From: Chrysemys picta bellii
Lineage: Eukaryota
DNA length: 64,000 bases
Assembly: GCF_011386835.1 (NCBI RefSeq)
Contig: NC_088796.1
Span: forward strand, 71,486,001 to 71,550,000
Direction of reading: 5' to 3'
Below are positions 1 to 11,327 of the stretch, piece after piece (position 1 is the first letter of the stretch; the number at the start of each line of letters is the position of its first letter). Under the pieces are notes generated by a model. That model was not told the origin of the DNA, did no database searches, and saw only the letters and a list, made by a program, of their open reading frames with translations. The translations under genes and the position numbers were made by a program.

Positions 1-846
1 GCCTTTTAACAAAGCAAACTGATTTTTTTTCCTAGTACAGTGTGAGAAACTGAAAGCTTGCATTCCCTCTCTCAATGTATGTGCATAACTGTAATTAACT
101 TAATTCAATTACTCAGGCATCCAGAGGAAAAAATACAGGAGTTTTTACAATGATGTAGTTTAAACAGTGCATTTTCATGCTGACATATTAACAGCATAAT
201 TCAGAAAAACATGTTTGATATATATTTTGAAATTTATTGTTATTTAGAGGTAAGTTGCAAGTTAAATTCAATAGGACAATAAAATTAATATAGTGACAAG
301 TATTCTGGTTATTTAGCTGCTGGTCAGATAAAAGTTTTTTTTTTTTAATTAAAAAGAAACTCACTTATCACTGTATTTTCATCAGGTTCAAACACCTTCT
401 AACCCAATCCATTTCAGACTGAACAGGGCTAATATCTGTATCTAGTCATGTAGGTATAGGAAGATTCTTGACTGTTATAACATTATTGATGAAATCTGAC
501 TTGTTTTGTTTCTCTTCCTATATCTACTTGTCATGATACTGAGGCTTTAAGGAATGTTTTGGCTTTCTTTCATACAGTATGAGTAAACCTTTACCTCCCT
601 TTTTGAATTCAACTTTAACCATGACAAATAATAGTCTTGAGGACATCACATTTTCTTGCTCTTTCTTTTTTGCGGTGTTGAGGAAGCATGCTTCTCATTG
701 TACCAGACACATAACCAGTTCTGACTTTACACAAAGTACTCAAGGCATTGTCCATGCAGTTATTTGTTCTTGTAAGTTATATGCATGCTCTTTAGAAGTC
801 CTAAGCTGGAAAAAAACATATCTGACCTCAAATTCCACCTTTTTAG

Positions 847-916
847 ATTACGAAGTGTAAAAATGGAGCAAAGGAAACTGAACGATCAAGCAAACACTTT
901 GGTGGACCTTGCGAAG
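847..916 (+). CDS. KCNN2: KCNN2 (SK2) penultimate coding exon, calmodulin-binding domain C-terminal part
   Basis: ttttag|A TTA CGA...GCG AAG|gttagt translates [23 protein letters not shown], the SK-channel CaMBD helix; canonical AG/GT ends; joins in frame to the 2536 exon. Confidence 0.97.
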
Positions 917-1282
917 GTTAGTAGGCAATTATCAAATATTTCATTTGTTCTTTTGTAAATTAATATTTATCTTCTCAAAATGAATAGTTCAGAATAAAAA
1001 GCTCATCTCTTCACTGTAGTTCACAGGTACACATACACATTCTTCTTCAGTCTGTCATTATAGGAAAATAGACCAATTGTCTTATCTGCTGTGGTAAATT
1101 CTGTTAAAGCCAGTCTGAAATGGCAAATACTTGATACTTCAGAAAAAAGGCAAAGCCCTTGTATAATGCACATAACAAGGAGCCTGATCCGATGTTTAGC
1201 CTCTTTCAGGAATGGGCCACGTTTGTGTGATGGTATATATGTGAAAGAGTAAATTCTTCCCTATATTTACATATGATGTGAG

Positions 1283-1510
1283 AGGAAGCATAGCCTACTG
1301 GTTACAGCAAGGGACTGGAACTCAGGAGTTCTGGGTTCATGTCCAGCACTGCTAGTGTGACCTTAGGCAAGTTACATTACATCTGTGTTTCTGGTCCATA
1401 TCTGTAAAATAGGGACAATACTTACCTATTTTGATAGTGTGCTATGAAGCTTGATTAATTAAACTTCTTAAAACCCTTTGAGATCTTCAGATGAAATGTG
1501 TGATTCAGGT
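1283..1510 (+). mobile_element. MIR-like CORE-SINE in last KCNN2 intron
   Basis: tRNA-like head (gcctactggttacagca...ctgggttcatgtcc) followed by the core gtgaccttaggcaagtta...tctgtaaaataggg. Confidence 0.75.
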
Positions 1511-2535
1511 GCAAAGTTCTATTATATTATGTGCTTTCTGTAGGGAATAATAATCAGATTTATAGGATTGAGGCCAAAATGTACAAGCTTTCACATCCGC
1601 ATATGTGTACATAGCAGCTGCTCAATCTGAACTTCATATGTCACTAAGCGAGACGTGTATATATTTTAAATAAAGAGATTTAGCAATACAACCATGCAAA
1701 TATGAATGTACTTTTAAATTCAAATTGTCAAGGGATATCCGTTCTGCTTACTCGTAAAGCTAGTGAACTCTGAAAATAAATTAAACTCTGTTTAATCATT
1801 TAAGGATCATTGATTCAACAAGTCCCAGTGTAGACCCGTCATTTGTAGCAGTGAAAATGAAGTATAAAAATTCTATGCTTCATATTTACGATAGAGCATG
1901 TGGTTATTTTCAAAGCACTTCGTATTACCAAATCACTTGTATTATCACTTTTATTTTTGTTTTCTGGGGGGAGGGATGGTTGTACCTTTAAAAATATATT
2001 TTCTCCTTGGTCGGCATAAGGAGCTCCATTAACACCAATGAGAGCTTCATGTGCTGATCAAGGGAAGAACATACCGCTTAGAAGTATGAAAATCCATGTA
2101 ACACAAATATAGAAAAGGATAAAAATTCCAGAATTTATCCCATATACAGTGGAACCTTTGGACTTCCTCCACTTGTTGAATAAATCCAATATTAAGGTAG
2201 CACATTTCTAAATCTCTGTACTTCTGAAAGGTCTTCTGTTTTACCCAATTCATCAACAGTTTTTGAAATTAAAACAGCTTCATTAAGAAATTAATGTTAA
2301 CTTCATTGAATGTTGCACCAAGGAGGGATTTGTACTGAAGCCCTGAGTAAAATTACTTCATGAGACAGGTGCTTGTCGTAGTATCATCAGCCCTCCACTC
2401 ATGCTGACCTTTTCTTTCAGTACCAACTTTAAAGGGCAGGGGAAAAAACAAAAACAAAACCCTACTGGAATAACACTTCATACTGAAATGTTTGCAAACT
2501 AGTTCTAAAGCTCTGCTTGCATCCTCTCCTTTCAG

Positions 2536-2820
2536 ACTCAAAACATCATGTACGACCTGATTTCTGACTTAAATGAAAGAAGTGAAGATTTTGAGAAGAG
2601 GATTGTTACTCTGGAAACTAAACTGGAAACCTTAATTGGTAGCATTCAAGCTCTCCCAGGACTGATTAGCCAGACAATCAGCCAACAACAGAGGGATTTT
2701 CTTGAAGCTCAGATACAAAATTACGACAAGCATGTTGCCTACAGTGCTGAGAGATCACGATCTTTGTCGAGACGGAGATCCTCCTCCACAGCACCACCGA
2801 CCTCGTCAGAGAGTAGCTAG
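2536..2820 (+). CDS. KCNN2: KCNN2 (SK2) terminal coding exon (coiled coil and C-tail)
   Basis: Acceptor ctctcctttcag|ACT CAA AAC ATC ATG; [46 protein letters not shown]...[16 protein letters not shown] matches the SK2 C-terminus as recalled. Confidence 0.98.
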   Translation, partial: TQNIMYDLISDLNERSEDFEKRIVTLETKLETLIGSIQALPGLISQTISQQQRDFLEAQIQNYDKHVAYSAERSRSLSRRRSSSTAPPTSSESS

Positions 2821-3108
2821 AAGAGAATACGTTAACAACAAAATAAAGACTTTTTGCCATCATATGGTCGATATTTTAGCTTTTATTGTAAAGCCCTATG
2901 GTTCTAATCAGTGTTATCTTGGTTCTGATGTCAGAATCCTGGAAACCTGAACACAAAGTTTTAGGCCAAAATGAGTGAGAACTTTTTTTTTCCTGTCAGA
3001 TGCACACTGAATGCACCTATTATTGCTATATAGATTATTCCTCCTGTAATTTCACTAACTTTTTATTCATGCACTTCAAACAAACTTTACTATTATAGTA
3101 TATAATAT

Positions 3109-3114
3109 AATAAA
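3109..3114 (+). promoter_or_regulatory. Candidate KCNN2 polyadenylation signal
   Basis: AATAAA about 290 nt after the stop, in an AU-rich tract; cleavage site not demonstrable from sequence. Confidence 0.5.
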
Positions 3115-5244
3115 AAGGTTAATTTCTGCACATACCTGCTTGGTCACTTCGGCTTTAACATTCTTAAAGATTTATTAAGCATTATTTTAAGAAGATGATT
3201 CTAACTAAAGAAAAACAAAGTTTAAGCATAATTAGCCTTCAGATGTGAATATTGATTTTCTAAACTCCGCCCCCAGGGGAGAAAAAAACTATTGCTGGAT
3301 GAACATTAAGTTTGCTTGTGTATAATCACTTGAGAGGGACAATGTTAACTTGAATTTTTTTAAAGTGATTATTTCTTAAAAAAAAAAAAAACAATTTCTG
3401 CTACACCCTTTATAAAATGTTCCATTAATTTTTTTTAAAAGTATTATTTTTATTGGAGAGGGGTTCTGCTCACCTCTTTGTTTATAAAGGCCTTTTTCAG
3501 TAGTGGGAAACTATTTAACTTCCTATACAGTGAAATTGACTATTCATAAAATGCTGCAAATACACAAAGTAAGCACAGTAAAAACACCAGAGGGGAAATA
3601 ATTCCGCCTAATTCATGCAGTTATAATCAGTTTAGTAGTGACTTGTAACTATAGCAGATACAATATTTCCAGACCGATATGATTTTCAAGTCGATAGTGT
3701 CCCCAAATTACTCTGCATTTTTAATTTGCGTTTCAAAAGGGTGTTTGTTTTGTTTTTTGTTGTTTTTGTCATATATCTCTGTATGGTGGGTACAAGCTAC
3801 AGAGAAAAGCCTAAATTACTGTGTCATAGCAGCTCAGTGCTAAATGTCATGTCACATTTAGATAATCCCTTTGATTTCAACTACATAGCAAACTAACATA
3901 GAAATGAAGTAAGGATTAACCTAAGAGGCTCTTTATGATGGTCGTAAAACAGCTGTTGGAAGCTAGTGTTCCAGGTGATGGAACTGAACTGGTGGGTACT
4001 CCATTGCTTTCCTGTCATTCACTAATAATGAAGTCTCTTTGATATTTTGAAGAGGCATAAGTATGCATTAGGGAAGTGTTCTCTTTGGCTTTTCTACTGC
4101 ATATATCCATGAGTGGGAATCCTGAGTAAATTATTTGTGTAAGGCACAAGAGTATTACATGCAGGGTTCCCATTTATAAAAACAGGATGTAGGGGGCTTT
4201 AACTCCCTATGTTGGTGTCATCTTTTATCTCTCAACTGATGGAGTCGATCCAAATGAGTACTTGAAGATAATTGGTAAGTATAGCTATTTCATGTTTTCA
4301 TAAAATATATTTATGAAATAGATCTAGATATGAACTATATGCATGTTGGAGGAAATTGATGTTGTTATATTAAAAGATTGCAAGTTCCACTCTACAGAAA
4401 TTAATTTTTGGTAAACAATTAAAGGAAATTGCTGTTCTCATCTTGGAAACACAGGGACATTTCTAGGATGAATCCTTCCATGAATACCTTTGTGCTGGGA
4501 GATAAAATTTCACTGCTTTATACACCAGTGCACTTAGCACATAGCACTGGGAAATCCAGACCTCTTCTAAGCAGCTTCATTTTTGCCCAGTTAAGGGCCA
4601 GGTGCTACCGTTCTAGGGGAAACACTTGTGTAACATACATTATGGTGGATCATTAGCCATGTTTTCTGCCATCACAGGGTGTGTCTTAGAACAGACGGCA
4701 GAGCATTTGTTACTGCTCCTCTGAACAGATAACTTATGCTGGTCAGCTTGTTCGTGGCAACAAACGTATGCTGACTTCTGGACCAGCCTCATCCTATTCA
4801 TGTTGTTAGATGGGCATAATTGCCAGAATGCTTTTGTATGCCAGTTCAGGATGCCAGCTAACAATCCACATTGTATATGTTTGGGATTTGAGACCAACAT
4901 TTTCTAAAGTGATGTCTGATTTCAAGTGACTCTACGTTTGGGTGCCCAACTTAAGACACTTTTAGCCTGATTTACAGAAACACTGGGCACCCACATCTCC
5001 AACTGAAGTGTTTCTTTTCCCAAAAATATGAATGCTCTTGCAATATTTTCATATATTTCTTGCCTACCTCTGATACCATATTGCACATAGGAACTTTTTT
5101 ATTTGAAACAATTCTGCCTGAAATGCTTCTAAGGTACTCCCCTTCCTCTTAGTCCGTGATCATCTTTTAAAGTAAGTAAGATGGGTTGCTGGAATTCATC
5201 CATTTATACTGTGTTCTTTAGTAGAAGCTATAATAAAAATGCCT

Positions 5245-5420
5245 AGATCTTATATACTGCTGTTTGTCAGTAGATCTCAAAGCACTTTACAAAGGTGGTC
5301 AGTATTATTATTCCCATTTTACAGATAGGGGAAATTGATGTCACCTAGCAGGCCAGTGATGTAGCCAGAAATAGAACCCAGGTCTCCTGAATACCACGCC
5401 AATGCTCTAGGCAACACTGC
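5245..5420 (-). mobile_element. MIR-like CORE-SINE fragment
   Basis: attattattcccattttacagataggggaaa...agaaatagaacccaggtctcctga is the reverse-complemented core and B-box. Confidence 0.7.
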
Positions 5421-5556
5421 CATAAGAGAAACCAGAGTAATGAGGACCTTAAATTGCTATCCTTTATGTGACACACAATATTTTTTTAAATCATAAGCTG
5501 CATGGCTGAAGCAAGTTTTGTGAGGCCTCTGTATAATTTCCAAAAAATTATTTTCT

Positions 5557-6610
5557 CATAAGAATGGCCTACTGGGTCAGACCAATGGTCCTTCTAGCCC
5601 AGTGTCCTGTCTTCCAACAGTGGCCAATTCCGGGTGCTTCAGAGGGAATGAACAAAATGAACAGGCCATCATTGAGTGATCCATCACCTGTCGTCCACTC
5701 CCAGCTTCTGGCAAATAGAGACTAGGGACACTCAGAGCATGGTGTTGCATCCCTGAGCATCTTGACTAATAGCAATGGATGGACCTTCCTCCATTAACTT
5801 ATCTAGTTCTTTTTTGAACCATGTTATAGTTTTGGCCTTCACAACATCCCCTGGCAAAGCATTCCACAAGTTGACTGTGTGTTGCATGAAGAAGTACTTC
5901 CTCTTGTTTGTTTTAAACCTGTTACATATTAATTTCATTGGGTGACCCTTGGTTCTTGCGTTATGTGAAGGAGTAAATTACATTTCCTTATTCACTTTCT
6001 CCACACCAGTCAAGATTTTATAGATCTTGATCACATCCCCTCTAAGGCAGTGCTTCTTAAAGTTGGGCCGCCGCTTGTTCAGGGAAAGCCCCTGGTGGTC
6101 CGGGCTGGTTTGTTTACCTGCCGCGTCCACAGGTTCGGCCGATCGCGGCTCCCACTGGCTGCGGTTCGCTGCTCCAGGCCAATGGGGGCTGCGGGAAGGG
6201 TGGCCAGCACATCCCTCGGCCCGCACCACTTCCCACAGCCCCCATTGGCCTGGGACGGCGAACCGCGGCCAGTGGGAGCCGCGATCGGCCAAACCTGCGG
6301 ACACAGCAGGTAAACAAACCGGCCCCGGACCACCAGGGGCTTTCCCTGAACAAGCGGCGACCTGCTTTGAGAAGCACTGCTCTAAGTCATCTCTCTCCCA
6401 AGCTGAAAATGTCCTATCTTTTTAATGTCTCCTCATACAAAAGCTGTTTCATGCCCCTAATCATTTTTGTTGCCATTCTCTATACCTTTTCCAATTCTAA
6501 TGTATCTTTTTTGAGATGGGATGACCAGATCTGCATGCAGTATTCAAGATGTGGATTTACATAAGAGGCATTATGATATTTTCTGTGTCTTATTATCTGT
6601 CCCTTCTTTT
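5557..6610 (-). mobile_element. 5'-truncated CR1 LINE (ORF2 C-terminus plus 3' UTR), split by a hAT MITE
   Basis: Minus ORFs give ...PHLEYCMQIWSSHLKKD... and ...[22 protein letters not shown]..., typical CR1 ORF2; tail cataagaa at the left end. Confidence 0.9.
6048..6379. mobile_element. Palindromic hAT MITE
   Basis: TIR cagtgcttct(t/c)aaag; whole element folds into a hairpin with ~150-bp arms; 8-bp TSD ctctaagg/ctctaagt inside the CR1. Confidence 0.92.
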
Positions 6611-6638
6611 TATTCTCCACTTTCAGAAACCAATAGGT

Positions 6639-6897
6639 TAAGAATGGCCATACTGGGTCAGACCAGTGGTCCATCTAGCCCAGTATTCTGTCCTCCAGCA
6701 GCGGCCAATGCCAGGTGCTTCAGAGGGAATTAACAAAACAGGTAATCATTAAGTGATCCTGCCCTTGTTGCACATTCCCAGCTTCTGGCAAACAGAGGCT
6801 AGGGACACTTCAGAGCATGGTTTTGCATCCCTGCCCATCCTGGCTAATAGCCGTTGATGGACCTATTCTCCATGAACTTATCTGGTTCTCTTTTGAA
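6639..6897 (-). mobile_element. CR1 3' UTR fragment
   Basis: taagaatggccatactgggtcagacc... same 3' UTR type as the copies at 5557 and 13497. Confidence 0.85.
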
Positions 6898-7457
6898 TGG
6901 TTGACAGTGATGGCAGAGGGACGCAATCATGCAAAAAGTGATGGACATAGCCAAACAGAGCAACATAGCATACATATTCTCCCCTTCCAAAAATGAAAAT
7001 CTTCCCTAATCCACAATGTAGCACAAACTATAGTTTGTGGTTGTATTTTTGTCTGTTTAGGGCTACATGTTTACTTTTCTGTTGGCTGTGCATAAATGAC
7101 TCTTGCTACATATAAGCAGTCTAGAGGGATTGTTTGGTCATAATGAGAAGCAATCGTCCACCTTTGTGAGGGCTGAATAATTTAAAGTTGTCTAACTTTA
7201 GGTATAACTTATATAGCTTTTCTAAATGTCACAATGTGGCTTCCAATAATTCATGTGTGGTGTTTTCTGGTTGATTGTAATCGGTAGCAGGTATAGTATT
7301 TACAATCTGGTTTATTTCAGTATACCACTTGCTCTTAGCTATATCTGGTTTACCGACTCTGAGTTTCTCTCTTTCAAGATTCAAAATGAAAAACTGGATT
7401 AAGTGCTCAATCAGTTATATGCTACTAGCTCTGCACTATTAATCTGAAGTCAATATT

Positions 7458-7960
7458 CATAGAATCACATAGACTAGATGGGACCGCTGGAAGGTCATGT
7501 CAGCCTTGCCCCTGCTTTGTGACCATATCTTAATATTTCTTCTAATCCATGACTAACAGCTACTTATAAAATCATGTCTTGAAAATTTTCAGTGATGTTC
7601 CTTCCTCTAATTGATTTTTTTGGATTAGAACATTTCCCCTACTATTGAATTGGAACTATCCTCTTTTGTGGCTTAAACATGTTACTTCTGGTCTTGTCAT
7701 CTTGGGGAAGCAAGAATGATTACTCCTTTCTTGCTTACAACATCCTTTTTATTGGACTCATAAAATATTATCAAGTGTCTCCTTGGCTGTTGTTCTCCAA
7801 ATTGTACAAACTTTGCTCTCTCAACTGTTCTTAATACTGTAGGTCTTATTTTGAAGGTTTTTATTAACTTTTTTGAAATAAGGTGATGAGGAAGAGCACT
7901 TGGTACTTCATCTCACTTTGCTGCTGAGATAATCTCCCTGTTTTACATATAGTATCTTTA
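7458..7960 (-). mobile_element. Old degraded CR1 3' fragment
   Basis: catagaatc tail, ggaaggtcat...cagcc and ttgaaaatt...ttcct motifs of a CR1 3' end; heavily diverged. Confidence 0.6.
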
Positions 7961-7981
7961 CTTATACAGTACAACCCATGA

Positions 7982-8085
7982 GCATGATCTTGCAAACTCT
8001 TGCTCATTTGAGTACTTCTTATGCAAGTAACTCCTTAACTTTAACAAAACTACTCAAATGAGCAAGAGTTGCAGGATTAGGACCA
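7982..8085. mobile_element. Short hairpin MITE-like element
   Basis: atcttgcaaactcttgctcatttgagta (7987-8014) pairs with tactcaaatgagcaagagttgcaggat (8051-8077). Confidence 0.7.
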
Positions 8086-8849
8086 AATATTTTCAATTTC
8101 ATGGGACTGGAAATAGTCAAGGGAAACTTTTTGTCTGAAGATTTGGGGGGGAGGGTTGTTTGTTTAAAAAATAGCCTTTTTATGGGTTAAAAACATTCAA
8201 ACAGTCCAATTTTAAGATTTTTTTCATCCTTTTTTTTGCAAATTATTTGTTCAAAAATTTTAATTTTTTGAAGTGAAACATTGATAATTTTTATTAAAAT
8301 CTTTTGGGTTTTGTTTATCAGAGTTTGGGTTTTCCTTCTTTCCTTTTTTCCTCTTATTTGTAAATATCCTTTTCCTTCCCCTCTCCCTTTTTTTCTAAAA
8401 TTATTGGGGGGAAAGGGCAGGGAGGAAAAGAGAAAAGGAAGAAAGAAACAACAAAAAAAAATGTGTAATGGAAATTCTTGACTAAAAAGAAATTCTATAA
8501 AAAAGTTTTTAAAAGCTGAAAAAAATCACAAATATTTGAATGGAAATGAGTCCATTCTAAACTCTACAAAAATGAAAATCTTTTAGAAAATAAAAACTTT
8601 TTCACAACGTTTTTCCATTTTCAACCAAGTTTAATTGAAAATTAGAAATGAAAAATATTAGGATCTTGGGCCCCAATCCAGCAAAATACTTATGTATGTG
8701 CTTTAACATACAGTAGTCCCATTGGCTTAAGTACATACCAAAGGGCTTGTCTGAATTGGGGCTCTGAATCTGATCTCACACCTGTTTACTCAACTGTAAT
8801 CTCAGAATCAAGTATTATGTCTACTAATCTCTTTCCTCTGATGAATCTG

Positions 8850-9030
8850 CAGTCTGGTGTCCTGAGTACAGGGAAGGGAGTCAGCCAATCTAGATTCTAT
8901 TCCTGAATATACTACCGATCATGGTGTGATCTTGGCAAATCATTTAGCTCCTTTCTGCCTCTGTAAAATAAGAATGAATGTACAGTGCTTTGAGATCTAT
9001 GAGTGAACAGGATTCTAAAAGGAGAGGCAT
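8850..9030 (+). mobile_element. MIR-like CORE-SINE
   Basis: gtgtgatcttggcaaatcatttagc...ctctgtaaaataaga core and gtgctttgagatctat tail. Confidence 0.7.
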
Positions 9031-11002
9031 TTTTCTTTACTACTGCAGGATTGTTCCCTACAGTGATGCCTTGTTGTATCCAGGTTTTAAGTGACTCATG
9101 TAATAGGGCTTTCATCAAGTGGAACCCATTTAATCATTAAAACAGTTTTTCCTGACACTGAATCTAAATTTTATTTTATTCACTTTCACCCCATTACTTA
9201 TCATTCTCACTCACCTTCTCTGAAGAATGGACTTATTCTCAACTGTTTGGCAGATCTCTTTTGCTGAAAAGAGATATTTTCTAATTGTCAGGTCACATGA
9301 TTTTGATTCTATACAAGCATTCTAGATTCATTAGCTCGCTTCTGGATCTCTGCCCATGGATGGCATAAACAATGCTGAGTTCTCCTTTTTCTTTACATAT
9401 GCAGAACAGCACAATGTTATGATACAGTGCACCCTTTAATGGTGTTCCTTCCATGTATATGTAGCTGTGTCTTTTCCAGCATTCATTCACAAAATTGTAA
9501 TTTTTAAATCTTTCAACACTTTTAGTTTCACCTACATTCTAAATGTGGACTCTGAATCTAGTCATTCCATTTACACATGTTCCTCTTTTTTCCCCTTTAG
9601 AAAAAAATAATACAAGGATGTATGTGCCTGTAAGGTAGCTCAATCCATCATCTGCTGGTCTGGAATGGAGGTATTAGGTCTAAAGAGCTAGTTTGCAGAA
9701 AAGCTGGTGCACCTACCTCAGGACCCATGAATAGAAGCCACATCTCTGATGCAGGAGCAGAGGATGGGATTGTCTTCAGTAGCAGGGCAATAGGATCTGA
9801 GTAGAAAAAAATCAACACCTAGGCAATCAGGTTGCTTAGAACAGGACTGCTCTTTGTGGAAGTGGCCAGGCAAAGGAATTTAGTGTAGGCTCTTCTAGTT
9901 CTATTTATTTGTTATATTTTAAAACTTGTTCTTTGTGTTAGGGGAAGAGAGTCCCTCTTTGTCTTTATCTGAGGCTAAACTTTGAAACTAGGTGCCCAAA
10001 TTTAGGCACCTATATCCAAACGTAGGCACCTGTTTGTCAGAGCTGCTGAGTCGCACACCTCAACTGAAGTCAGTGGGAGCTGCAAGTGCTCAGCACTTCT
10101 GTTTAGATGCCTAAGTGTAGGCTTCGGTCCTTAATTTGAAAACGCTGGCCTTCGTGATGTCCCTGAGCAGCCTCATTTTCCTCACTCACATCAATAACAG
10201 GTTCTCTTCCAGAGGTGCTCAGTGTACAGCCCAGAGCCAGATGCAATAGCACAGAAGCTGGCAATGCATTCAGTGGCTGCCTTTTCCTATAACTGCAGGG
10301 TCAGGACGAAGCCAGTGAACTGTGTGTGTTTTTATGGGAATCCTGATTGCAGGCTATGGCCCAGATCATGCAACGTCTTGCACATAATTGGACTGCTGCA
10401 CCTGCTTACAACCCCATTGCATTTAACAGGGCTCCCTTTGGGTGCAGCAATCTCCTCAGATGTATGAAATTGCAGGATTTGGGCCTAGTTCAGCAATTGC
10501 TATTAATCTTTCAGGAATGATTTCCACAACCATAACATCTGTTTTCACTTGAATTTATCTTTACTTTAGAGGATAGTTAGGGTTATATGCAAATTAGCTG
10601 TGATCCATAGACTCAAGTCAATCACCAATGTTCCTTCAATCCCTCATTACAAAATGCTCTCCCCATGCTGGGGTCCAGAGTTCACCCTCAGCAAATTTGG
10701 ACTAGAGAGTTGGATCATCGGCTCTTGATTCCTGGCGCATCATTAGGCAAGTTACTTAACTTTATTCTGCCTTTTTGTTCTCTAACTAAAGATCTATCAA
10801 GTAACAAAATTATCTTTCCTGGCATAGCAGATTCATGCAGTAAAAAAAAAAAAAAACCTGGCTGAGGAAAGGTAAATCTACTTAAAGCTGTTAACAAGAA
10901 AATAAAACCTAACTTCAAAGTGGGTTTCTCCAAAAGCCAGATGTGCGGAGTGTTGATGGGCAAACTTCTTCAATAAACAGATCTTACAAGCGTCACTTAA
11001 AT

Positions 11003-11327
11003 CAATGCTTCTCAAAGTTGGGCCGCCGCTTGTTCAGGCAAAGCCCCTGGCGGTCCGGGCCGGTTTGTTTACTTGCCACATCTGCAGGTTTGGCTGATCG
11101 CGGCTCCCACTGGCCATGGTTCGCTGCTCCAGGCCAATGCGGGAAGCGGCGCGGGCTGAGGGATGTGCTGGCCGCCCTTCCCACAGCCCCCATTGGCCTG
11201 GAGCGGCGAACCGTGGCCAGTGGGAACCGCGATCGGCCGAACCTGTGGATGTGGCAGGTAAACAAACCGACCCAGACTGCCAGGGGCTTTCCCTGAACAA
11301 GCGGTGGCCCAACTTTGAGAAGCATTG
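11003..11327. mobile_element. Palindromic hAT MITE, same family as 6048-6379, with inverted flanks
   Basis: TIR caatgcttctcaaagttgggcc at both ends; internal sequence closely similar to the 6048 copy; no direct TSD. Confidence 0.92.

Noticed and set aside
1-846. 9-nt ARK-coding SK2 micro-exon
   Set aside because: No AG-[AG]GCN[AC]GNAA-GT pattern found by eye in this part of the intron; if present it lies upstream of the window.
579-860. 93-aa ORF overlapping the KCNN2 exon
   Set aside because: Intronic, in a different frame from the SK2 exon, with no recognisable domain.
2047-2256. 69-aa minus ORF with faint L1/Tx1 C-terminal flavour (RFHCIWDKF)
   Set aside because: Similarity too weak to support without a search; no other L1 features nearby.
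2842-2847. AATAAA 22 nt after the KCNN2 stop
   Set aside because: Lies in an A-rich run very close to the stop; the site at 3109 is more plausible, though neither is proven.
5978-6425. Stack of overlapping ORFs on both strands (also at 10943-11442)
   Set aside because: Artefact of a GC-rich palindromic MITE with few stop codons.
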